NCBI GenBank assembly: GCA_964270895.1
Contig: OZ185435.1
Direction: 5' to 3' (one strand)
From: Podarcis filfolensis
Lineage: Eukaryota
DNA: 64,000 bases
A model generated the notes under the pieces. It saw only the letters and a program-made list of their open reading frames with translations. It was not told the origin of the DNA and did no database searches. Below are positions 12,226 through 23,722 of this stretch, in pieces (the first letter of the stretch is position 1; each line of letters opens with the position of its first letter). The translations under genes were made by a program, and so were the position numbers.

Positions 12226-13772
12226 TGAAGTCGGGTCTTGCTGAAAACAGAAGAGCTTCCTTCATAAGCATGGGGGTGATCTAAGCCATGCCTGTGAAGG
12301 AACTCACTGGGGCTTGAAGTCACCTCTCAAACACTGATTGGCAGTGACTTAAAACCTCTCTTCCAACAGGGATCAGTTGTTCTCCAGAGTTCCTGAGTGT
12401 TGCTGATTCTGGCAGGGCTTGCATCTGGCCTCTAAATTAATTGCATCTGGATGCAAGCTCTGCTAATCATTGAACAATCAGGAGCACCACTTTTAAGGTT
12501 CCTGATTGTTCCTTAAGAGCCACAGCTTTACCTGCACCACAGCTGATGTGCATACAACGTTGGCTTGGAGGAAATTGCCTCATGAGCCAAATTAGGACCA
12601 CTGCTGTGCCTAACTAGGTCTGTAGTACCAAGGTTTCACATACCTGCCATAACAGCTTAAGCACAATATTCTTTGGAGCTTACTTTTGACCGTACTATTG
12701 AGGAAAGAGAAGTATTTTTTGTGATTGTCCATCAGTTGTGGAACTCTGTTAAGAACGCTGTGAAAGTTGAAGCCTTTGAAAAACGTTGTGGATACTGTAC
12801 TTCACTGTTTAATGGCTTTTAGTGCCCAGATTTTAAGTAGATGCACAGTACTGTGAATTCCTAAATGTAATTTAATTTCAGTATAACCATCTTGAGAAAA
12901 AGCAGAATAGAAATTAAAATACAGTGGTTCAAGGCACAAGTATACTTGATTCTATAACTCCAATTTCTCTTCCCTTGTCTCCTTTTAAGCAAGTTATGCA
13001 ACTTCCATGTTCAGATTTTCAAAATCACAAAGTAGATCACTTACTTGGCAAGTCGTGAAATATTACTATAAAAGGAAAATATGCACTTAAAATAAAATAT
13101 TGGGTGCTGCTCTGTTCAGCTATTAAGTCAAAAGCAACCACAGACTGTTTGCCAATGGAAGTTTTCCTTCCCTGCCAGACCATACTCATGAAAATACTGA
13201 CCAATTGTTTAAAAGCTAGGCTTCATCTCATGAATGACTCTGGTGTGCCAGTGCTTATTGCTTTTCCAAGCCCTATTTGTTACCTTCAGTTCTCACTTCA
13301 TTGTACTCTTGTTCTTCTAAATAGAGCAAATCCTACCAAAATTTAACAGTGAACCTTTTCATGAACTTTAATATCAGTATATTTCAAATGTCCCATGAAA
13401 TTACTGCTTAGACCCTAGAATGTTGTATGCCATCTCAACCAAACTGCATGTTCACCTACCAGTGATGAGTAAATGTTAATTGACGGTTAGTGAATTTCAC
13501 TTTCTTGCCTTGAGGTAATAGAATTATCAAGTGTATAACTGAACATTGCATTTCTGCATGGAGCCTGATTTTGCTGAATTTCCCATTGCTTGAAATTCTC
13601 TAGAATCTAAGAACGCATTCTCAAAGTCAGAATGTTTAACCCAGGGATGCAGGCCTCCAGGACACTGTCAGGCCATGCCTCCTCCCCAGCACTCTCTTTG
13701 AGTGCTTTTGCCCGGCTGAATGTGTCCTTGAACTCTGTTAATGCCTCTTGCTTGCCTGGATGGAAGGAAGTG

Positions 13773-13774
<2 letters not shown>

Positions 13775-13818
<44 letters not shown>
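13775..13818. repeat. (GT)22 microsatellite
   Basis: Direct read. Confidence 0.98.
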
Positions 13819-13823
<5 letters not shown>

Positions 13824-14039
13824 CCTCTGGCTTTTGCATGGCTGAAATTTAGTCTACTGTTTAAAGGTAAGAGTTTCATCTGTTATTCTTCTCCCATATG
13901 CTTCTGGGCCTGATCACTTTTATCTCTGGCCACACATGCCGCTGGCATGTGGCCCCTGGAAGGTCACCCATGAGGAACTGTGGCCCTCATGTTGCAAGGT
14001 TCCCACAGCTAATTTAACCCGTGGTCCTTCCTCAGTATA

Positions 14040-14274
14040 CATTAAATTGTGAGAAGTGGGGTTACAGGGAACCAGGCAGAGGGCCTTCTTGGTAGCCGTG
14101 CCCGCCCTTTGGAATGCCTTCTCATCAGAAATGAATAAACAGCCATCTGTCTTTTAGAAGACATCTGAAGGCAGCCCTGTATAGGGAAGTTTTAAATGTT
14201 TGATGTCTTACTGATGTTTTAATTTGTTGGGAGCTGCCCAGAGTGGTTGGGGCAACCCAATCAGATGGGTGGCA

Positions 14275-14305
<31 letters not shown>
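14040..14305 (+). mobile_element. L2 LINE 3' end with (ATT)n tail
   Basis: Colinear with the reverse complement of 34900-35160, including an exact 30-nt block (14151-14180 vs 35020-35049). Confidence 0.88.
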
Positions 14306-14307
<2 letters not shown>

Positions 14308-17300
14308 AAAATAGAAATGTGTGTTTCTTTCTTAAGGTCTGTTTTGAACATATATTTCCATTCCAATAAACTAAACAATAAAACATACATGGAACAATAT
14401 ATATTCCAACGCTTCTTGACATATTGCCCTTTGGCATAATATGCGTGTGCCGCATAACTTTGTCTGTGTGCAGAAAATGGAGGGTGCAGTTTAAGAGGTT
14501 GAGAGAGGGTGGGTATTGACCTCTAGTAGTAGTAGATGCCACCAAGCAGTGAAGTGATGAATTACTGGAGTTGTCCCAGCTACCTTTAGAATGGGCAGTT
14601 ACAAGGTCACGTCTAAAGAGAGCCTCCCTGAATTCTAAGTATTGCAACAAGTACTGACTGGCTGTGAAAAAGCCCCTCTTCAGTAAAGTGCACAAGTGGC
14701 TGCTTGTCACCTCCAAGCCCTTTTGGAAGATTATTTAAATCCATTTTCACCTGAATCCCTGATTGTAAACTGCTTTTACAGCACTTGAGTGCTGAGAGTA
14801 CAGGTTATAATGGCCTACAACGAATAAACCCTGTGGCCTGTTGTGCTTGCTTATGGATCTCTAGTCAAAGACAGTCAAAGCTAACGTGATCGCACCAGCC
14901 ATAAATTGCTGAGTAACCATGGATTGGATATGCTGCCAAGCTAGGAGGAAAATGGAGTAACTTGCTGCCCACTCTTCCCTTGAGCATATGCCTTGAACCT
15001 GCTACACTCCAGTTTTCTTGGGGCAGGCAGCAGTGGTATCAACAAGGCGAAGAAGTCACTGACTGCCCACTACTGTTCACCAGAACTTCTCAGAATTGTT
15101 GGTCAGCTTGGGATAAAGAAAAGGACATGGCATGTTGCATCCTTCTCCACAGCCCAGACCAAGCTCCAACAATTGCCTTAGGAGTGGAGATTTATTTAGG
15201 GGACCATGATCCTCCAGTGCTCTCTCCTTTTTGTTTGTTTCTTTCTAGCAACTGGACAAAAGAATAGTGAAGGAGTATGGGATCCGGATCCCTCCCTTTG
15301 TGTTTCTTGAGGAAGAGAAGTTGTGTGAGGGAAGTTAGAAGTAGGTGGTGGTTCATGTCTTCATACATACACAAAGGTGTATGTATATATACCAGAATTG
15401 TGTGTGTTGCCCTGTCCAAGTTCACACACTGATTTCTGGGTGTGTGTTTCCACTTTCTTTTTATATAAATAAAAACATGCACTTTCTTTCTAGTACTTTG
15501 AGCTGTTGTGCTTTTAGTGTGTCAAAGAGATAGAATACTAGAAATGATTTGGGGTAGAAGGGGGTTGATTATGTGAACACTGATTGGTCAGTTGATTACT
15601 GGTCAGCTTTATCTGATGCATGTAGTTCATAGATACTGAAATATTTTGCATTTGGGTGAAATATTTTTGTTCCTTTGAATAAAAGAAGCCTATCTGAAGC
15701 TTTGTTATAAAATGTATGTGTCCTGCCTCTTGAGAGCAGAACAATCATTGGGTTTCTTAAGCTCACATGGCTTCTTACCATCTCTCCCCTGTGTGTGTGC
15801 ATGTTCGTTTATTTAATCCTGAGATTTGGATGAAGCCAAATTATTTGATAGCAAAATTGTCATGGCCAAGTAGTATTTCACTATTTTTAAGCTTAAAACT
15901 CTGTTCATTGTAGCAGATCATTATATAACCCTTTTTCATTGATATACTGTTGAAAATATATTAAGTTGTTGACATGAAAAATAATTGGCCCTGAAGGTCA
16001 TAGGTTTGTTTCCTTACTGAGACTTAGTTATTTAGCTTTACTTTCTAATAGGTATGTATTTTAATAACTTTCTTATGTGACCGCCAGCTACCCCCTTCAT
16101 CTATGTATTTTTAACACTTGGATAGGTTGTGGAATGTCCTGGTCTGCTGTCGAGGGGTTTAATTTAATTTGTTTTAATTCAAATGCATACAGTTCGTTCC
16201 ACCTAGCTCTTTGGTTGGATAGCAGAACTTGGTTTCACTAAGTCTTTCATTCAGTCTGTCTATTACGGCTCCTAATCCTTGGACTTCAAAGCTTCTGCCA
16301 TTTATAGCCTATTAAAGCCAGGAAGTTTCTGATGGATTAGGACAAGGAATGAGTTTGAAGTTAGTAATGCACACCGCTGTCAACGATAAGGTCTAGTTTA
16401 TTACCCTACGGTAGTATCTGCACATTTATGGCTATTCTCTTTTAATTGGTTATAGTAAAGCTGGGACCATTAACCTGGTTGAGTATCAAATGCAGGATAT
16501 CCTGGCCAGTGCTGTATAGGGAACACATTTCTGGCTTTGAGCAAAGTCAGGTACGTTTTCTGTTATTTGAACCAGTTGTATTTTTGATATACATTAATGG
16601 GAACTAGAAAGAGAACATCAAAGGTAATTTTTGCTCATGATGGCCCTACAGTAAATTCAGATTTGAAATTGGCTCTTAATATTGGCTACTGCATCGGTGG
16701 ATATAAAACCAGTTAGCTTATCCACCTCTCCCCACAATTCCCCATTGATGGCCCCATAGTAACTGTATAAATTCATCTCTCTTATGTATTACCAATTTTC
16801 AATTTGTAACTTGGTTGTATAATAAAAAAATATTGTAAGCCTTTGCTACAGGAAAAGCAAAAATTAAAGGGAAAGAAAATGAACTCATGCCAGTGTTCAC
16901 TGTAAGAGTGTAAAGCTACAGGCAAGTTTGAAGCCCCCACCCTAGTATCTTATTGACTACCTGACATTTCTGGTGTGCTTCTTCTGTTTTATTTTAAAAT
17001 GAAACAATACTAACAAACATGTTACAAGATTGTAAGTCGTGTAAATTGAAGTCAGGCATAATGTTGTGTGACATAGCTTGAAACTATTAATTGCACAAAA
17101 TTCTAGAGCTTGTGCTCTGCCACCTTGGTCCTTAGAAGCCCAGGGAACTATAATTGTAGTAAAATCCAGAAATTAACAAACACAGGTTGTTTCCATTAAC
17201 AAAGGTAGCAACACTAGACTCCCCAGCTCAAGAATTGGTTTCTGAATAAAGAATCAGCAGGACCTTTTTGAGCTGTATTGTGTGCAGCTGCAACCTAAGG

Positions 17301-17334
17301 TCTACTGCATTCTTACAATTGAAAGAGATCTTTC

Positions 17335-18600
17335 CAATCTGGGTTCAGGCCTGGCTAAGGAACTGAGTCAGCCTTGGTCGCCCTGATGAATGACCTTTGC
17401 AGAGTGCAGGGCAGGGGGAGTGTGACACTGCACCTGCTTCTTGATCTCTTCTTGGCATTTGATCCTTTCAACCATGGTTTCGTCTTTGACCGGCTCTAGG
17501 GAATGGGAATTGGGGGCCCTGTATTACAGTGGCTCCAATCCCTACCTTCAGGACCGAGTCCAGAGCGTAGCATTGGGAGAGTGCCTTTCTGGCCCCTGGC
17601 AGCTACATTCTGGGGTATCGCAGGGGACTATCTTATCTCTGATGCTATTTAATATCTACATGAAGCCGTTGGGAAGTGGTCATTGGGAGATTCAGGGCAA
17701 GGTGCTATCAGTATGCTGATGATACTCAGCTCTGTTTCTCCATAACATCTGAATCATCCATGGTGAAATGGATGAGGATTAGAAAAGCTGAGCTTGAATC
17801 ATGGCAAGACAGAGGCACTGTGGATGAGTAGCTCCATTGTCTGAGAAACTGTTCAGTTGCCTGCCCTGGATAGGGTTGCACTCCCCTCTGAAGGAGCAGG
17901 TTCACAGTCTGGGTTGCTTCTGGATCTATCCGCCACTGGATGCTCAGGTAGCCTCAGTAGCTATAAGTGCCTTTTACTAACTCTGGGTGGTTCCACAGCT
18001 ACAGGCACTCCTCAACCAGGAAAGCCTCGCTACCATAGTTCATGCACTAGTTACTTCAAGAATAGATTATTGCAATGCACTCTTATGTGGAACTTCCTTC
18101 ACAATTAATCTGGAAGCTGCAGTTAGTGCAGAATGCCGCAGCACAATTGCTGACAGGAGTGAGGCCTTGTCAGCATATACACTTGTGCTCAGAGATCTGC
18201 ACTGGTTGCCAATTTGCTACTGGGCCAAGTTCAAGGTGTTAACATTAGCATATAAAGCCCATAACAAGTTGGGACCAGTTTACCTATGAGGTCGCCTTGT
18301 GCCACACCTGCCCACTCGACCACTTCGATCAGCAGAATTGGCACTACTACAGGTGCCCCGTAACACCTGTTCTACATTTAAAAGAACTTGATCATTTAGT
18401 GTGGCAGTGTCCACACTTTGCAACAATTTTAATCTGTTTTAGTATTTTAACTTTTGTATGTTTTAAAGTAGGGTTGTACATTTTTCTTGATTTTACTGTT
18501 TTATCTTTCGAGGGGTGTTTTGTTTTTGTTTTGTTTGTTTTTAAAAACCCAGTCAAGTGTTGTATCAATTTTATGAAATAAATAAATAAAATAATAAATG
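17335..18600 (+). mobile_element. Degenerate L2 LINE (RT fragment, frameshifted) with A-rich tail
   Basis: ORF pieces SGVSQGTILSLMLFNIYMKPL and HALVTSRIDYCNALL...LHWLPI; boundaries approximate. Confidence 0.88.
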
Positions 18601-20709
18601 AATCCAGAAGGGTCAGCTTACAAGTATCAAATCTTTCAGAAAACCATAAATGCTCTCTCATTGGAGTATTAAAGAGCCTTTGAGGGCTATTGGCTGCATG
18701 TATGTAAATAGATAGTTAGACATCATTAGCAGAGTGTTCAGTGTGTAAGGAGGATTGTCGGCTCAGCCAGAGTGCCAACAAATGCATATGACTTGCACAT
18801 AGGATATTAATTTTAAAAAAGAGACTGCTTGGAAGCTTTGCAGTGTTATAGGAGAAACTGATGTTTTTCACTTAGTCTGCATTTGCTAAAATAAATATTG
18901 TGGTCTAAATGTCTGCTGCTAGAAATATTTGTGTAGGCAGAAACATTATTATAATTCTCCCTTCTTATCCAATAACTTTTCATTAACATTTAACTCTAAA
19001 CTGATGGTTTTTAAGCTCAAGAAAATTATGCAGAGTGGGTAAAAGTTACAATGTTAAGAGTTGATCTCGTTTCCACTGCTATTGCCACACCATATTCTAC
19101 AACTTGAAATTGCTGTCACCTCCGTAGCATCCTCACTTCACTATTGGTAGTTATACCTATATGACGTTTAGATAACACACGGATCTCTAACACAGTTTAT
19201 TCCTGCTCCTTAGCAATGCTGACAGTAGAAGGCTAATAATTTAGTGAACTTACCTCTATTTAGATGCAGTGCAAAAAATAAAAAATAAAAACGTTTCCTG
19301 TTTCAAGCTGAAATGATGCACAACCTGCTAAAGATGGATATCTGTCTGTCTGTCCCAACCATCCCTTAAAGAACATGTGGGGTGACACATCTGGCCTTAG
19401 CCTGTTTCTTCTCACTATGACCTTTTGAGGTAAAACTAAACTAAGATAGTGCCTTAGGTCACCCGGTTCAGTAAACAGGGTCTGTTAATTTCTTGCAATT
19501 GTTTGGAGTTAAGGAAATATACAAAAACATACAAAAATTAAATTGTCTACTACTGAGAGCGACTAGAATTTTTGTTTAGGTAAGGAACTTATATTTAGGT
19601 CATCACAGTGTCACAGAACATAGCTCTAGAAAGCCACCATTTCCTCCTCTCATCTTCTCTTGTGTCTCACTAGATACTCACATGGCTCCGTTCCTCTTCC
19701 ATCTCATCTGATTCATACCCAGCCTTTTCTGGAGTGTATACCTTATTGCCCCTCTCTGTAGCTTCTGTGTATTTGTGTACACACAAAGTGTGTGTTCTGC
19801 CACTGAACCAAGGCCTCACTAAGAGTGCTAGTAAGAATTAATTATATAAAACATTTTTTTAGTTTTAACAAGGGCCACCTTGGAGTAGGAAACTGAAATG
19901 ATTATATTTCCAAAACCTCTCACTCTGTATTTCTTGTTTCTTTTGCTCATCTGGGCCAATTCCGCCTTTCTTAAAACCCCTCCAAGGTAAACTTTCTTTT
20001 CATAGTTGTTTAGTGTGGTTTGGAAAGGGGTACAGTTTTCCTAAGGAAGCTGTCTCAGGTATTATGTTTGGATGCCAGCATCTGAAGTGTGCAGAACTTT
20101 ATACGTTCTTTTGGAGTACTCTGTAAACTATGAAATCAGACTCTCCTAGCAGTGAAAATGGACATCTGACCATAATCTCCATCAACTGTGTTTTCAGGAA
20201 ACAGAGATGTTTTCATGTACATCTCTTTTATGTGTACCTACTAATACCATATGATGTCAGTCACAGAGCAGTGAAAGGGATCTCTTAGGCCTGATATCAG
20301 TGCCACAGTACTAAGATCAGAGAGAACGTCTCCTTGTGAGTAAAAGGCAGGAGAGGGATCTCTTGTCTGGTCTTAGTGCTAAGCACCACAGTGCCATGAT
20401 TGGCAATGAGCCCTCTGCCTGCCTTTTCTGTAAAGTGAAGGCAGAGGGTTCTTTCCAGTTACCCCCTTCTCCCAGATCTGGAGTAGAGAGGGCTGGGAGT
20501 GCTGAGTGAGTTACTGACCTGCTTGCCTGATGTGTTGGAGTGCATGTATGAGTGTTAGAAAGTGCTGAGTGCTTGGTGTCTGGTGCATGTGTATTTGTAA
20601 CAAAGGGAAGATAGAGGTACATACTTTTTTTCCTTTTTTGGGGGGGGGGGGTTGTCCCATCTGCTTTTGCCCCATCAGTCGTTGGAATGTGTGCATGCAA
20701 AAACAAACA

Positions 20710-20714
20710 AACAC

Positions 20715-20745
<31 letters not shown>
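20710..20745. repeat. Interrupted (CA)n microsatellite
   Basis: Direct read. Confidence 0.95.
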
Positions 20746-21230
20746 GAAGTATGGGTTCCCCACCCCTGTATTAAATAATGATGTATGTTCTTACTGCTAG
20801 TAGTATTCAAAGTTGTACCTGTATCTCAAGGTTATTTGAATTAATTGGAGTGTTGGAATACATTGGATGAAGTTCAGTGTTGTGCAGTTATAAATGTTGT
20901 ATCAGTACAAGCATATCAGCTTTCCAGACAAAATTATTCCCTCTCCCCTCTCACCGCATGCTGTTCTGGGGTTCTCCCACAGCCATTTGTGAGAGGAGGA
21001 GAGGGGAAAACAGTCCCATTGTGCAAGCAGACACCGATGCGTAGGGCTTCCACTGACAGGGTTTGTCAAGTCAATCCCTCCCATAGTTTAATTGTCCTGC
21101 TGTACTCATGGCCTAGTACATGCATAGAGCACAAGGACTTGATTGGGGGTGTGTGTGAAGGTGTAATAAAACTGCAGATGAGATACAGCAAAAACACAAA
21201 TAAAATCTTAGATTTTGTTCTTCTTCACAG

Positions 21231-21397
21231 AAACTGTTTGGCCGAAAGTTCGAGTGCCACTAAAGGTTGTACGGACCACAGAAAACAAGTTGAGTAACCG
21301 TTTCTTCCCCTATAATGAGATTGAAACGGAAGCAGTGTTGGCCATTGATGATGACATAATCATGTTGACATCAGATGAGCTGCAGTTTGGTTATGAG
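21231..21397 (+). CDS. EXT2: Exostosin-2 coding exon (exon 10 equivalent, 167 bp) with the GT64 DDD motif
   Basis: ttcacag|AA ACT...GAG|gtaaga; (E)[55 protein letters not shown]. Confidence 0.97.
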
Positions 21398-21899
21398 GTA
21401 AGACGGCTTCTGCTTTTTGCATGACTTGAGTTGATTGAGTTAAATGCTTCTGGGGACAAATCCTCAGCTAAAATGTTCTTAACCTTCAAGTAGTGCCATG
21501 ATGCATAATCAGCATAAAGTTCTTGCAGCTATCCAGGAAATGTTGTTAATCTTCAGAAAATATTATCTTTGCATTTTGCTGCCCTTGCTCCCCCAGCATG
21601 GAGGGAGGATTAGTTATAGTTCTTTTCCAACTCATATGCAAGGTTAGCACATAAAGATGTGTGCCAGAGAGCCTGAAAGATGAAACTCTTGGACAGAAGC
21701 AGAGAGGAAACTATATTTGTATTTCTCTCATGACGCTTTTTGGGGATTTCCAAAACCTGTCTTTCTGTGTTGCCCGTTTAGTCTTCTACTATAAGCAAAA
21801 GTTTGTCTATAGCACATTGGATGATTATTATGGCATAGGCCTCCCCAAAATTCTCTCAGGACAGCTTAACATAAAATAGAAACAAATTAAATATACAAT

Positions 21900-22680
21900 A
21901 ACCATAGGAATGATACCATAAAATATGAAGCAGCATAAAAGTAAGTCAAGAGCAGAAAATAAAACAGCACATTCCACAACCAGGATGCTACCACTGAAAA
22001 GGCCCTATAACCACCTGCCACACCCTACCTGGCAGGAGTCCCTGGAAAAGGGATTCGAAGATCCTGGAGTGACTGCTACAGCTATTACAAGCCCCCATCC
22101 AACCCACCACTATGTCTAGATACTGGTTTTGGGCTTGCATGGCCACACAACAAATTTCCTAAAGATCATCCCCAACAGCTTCATATTGGGGGGGGGGTGA
22201 GTGTGCCCAGCAATACTTCACAACGCAGCTGCCTTTGGCAATCACCCAGTACCATTCTCTGAAACAAACCCCATAGATAGGAGCCACACCACAGAGTCTG
22301 TCCAGGCTGATGCCGTCAAAAGGGACTAAGAGATAAACCAGAAGCACAGGGTCGCACTCCCCTTATTCTTATCTCAATAAAGGTCATCAATCAAGGTGAC
22401 CAAGAGCAGTGCAGTCCTGTCACCAGGCCTGAACACAAACTGATAAAAGGTATAGAAAATCTGTATAACTTACAACCCTATTGAGACTCTTCTCCCCAAA
22501 AAAGAACATTAGCATCCAGGTGGTAGCCAGGATGAGCAAAGATCGAGAGAGTACGTGCTGATTGCATTGTTGCCAGTACCTGTTGGCACTGCTGTTGGCA
22601 GTGTCATCAGACCACATTAATTTTGTGGTGCCCTCCAAGGGTGTGAGGTTCACCACTCCTGGGGTTCAGCATTGTGGAAG
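21900..22680 (-). mobile_element. Old, highly diverged LINE (probably L2) remnant
   Basis: Weak resemblance to L2 3' region by eye only; no intact ORF. Confidence 0.35.
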
Positions 22681-23708
22681 CTATAGAAATCAAAGAAGTT
22701 GACAGTGCTGAACATTACAGAATAATTTAGGAAAAGTCATTGGGTTTGGCTGGAAGTTGAAGGTGTGAGAGGAGAAGATGAAGTCATGTCAGAAAGCTTG
22801 TTTTCCCTTTAAGTGTGCAGGGTTGTTTTTTTAATAAGAGGGGGATATTATTTTAAGTGGCAGAGAGGGGAATGATATGGTCTGGATTCTCAAATAAGGA
22901 ACTAAGAAAGAATTAGAAAGGAGTGGGTGAACTAACAGTAGCTTAGTACAAAAGTACTCTTTAGATTTTTCTCCATAATCATGAAGAATAAACTTAAGAC
23001 AGTTGACATTATATGAAGTTGGTTTGACAACTGACATACTGACTTAAACAATAATAAAATATATGTGGAAAAAAGAGATTTAAGTATGCCATATGTGTCT
23101 CCAGACAGGGAGGTTCTCCCATGGGGATTAGCAGTTATATGAGCAGCCAAGCTTATATTTTCTTCTTTTGGGGAAACATGGAGGATGGAAGGTTACACTC
23201 AAACAGGAGTGTGGACAAGTACAGAACAGCTGTGTATTCACAATGGAAGGCTAGACAAATGAACATGTAGCCTGCTCTGGTTCAGAACACACCAGGAAGG
23301 ACAGAGGATAAGTTTTCCTTTGACACATAAGCTTTCAGAAAGAAGAGAGATCTTGACATGGGACTGCTTTCAAATAAGCAGTTTCCTTGGGCAAGTCTCC
23401 GAGAGGACTGTGGCATGTTGGTTTGAATAGACTTGGCTAAATAATCTCATGTGTCTGGACTGCTGGCAAAGGGCATGGTCAGCTGTAATCTGGGGAATTG
23501 GCTGGAGTACCTGTATATGCGTTGTTTTTGTGTACTTGAAGAATTTGCATTCTAAGTGTGGCTTAGATTCGATAAATCAAAACTTACAACAAATTATAAT
23601 ATAGAGAGGAGGATATAAAGGTAAAATTTGTTAAGAAAAATCTGGGAGAATGCAAGAACCATCAGTGACTTGACAGGCCAAATGCCTATTATTGAAATAG
23701 AAAGGTCT

Positions 23709-23722
23709 CCACAAGGTGGCAA
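23709..23722 (+). promoter_or_regulatory. CTCF-like motif CCACAAGGTGGCAA
   Basis: 12/14 match to consensus CCASYAGRKGGCRS by eye. Confidence 0.35.

Noticed and set aside
13462-13542. C/D box snoRNA (GTGATGA...CTGA)
   Set aside because: No terminal stem next to the boxes and no recognisable guide; such box pairs are frequent by chance
14261-14716. ORFs with poly-N, poly-T, poly-S, poly-L or HT/CV runs (for example 14261, 20317, 29115, 34737)
   Set aside because: Translations of microsatellites
21164-21180. TAATA-aaactg-CAGATG as a TWIST1-homeodomain composite site
   Set aside because: The homeodomain half is TAATA rather than TAATT, and I cannot verify the matrix spacing without a scan
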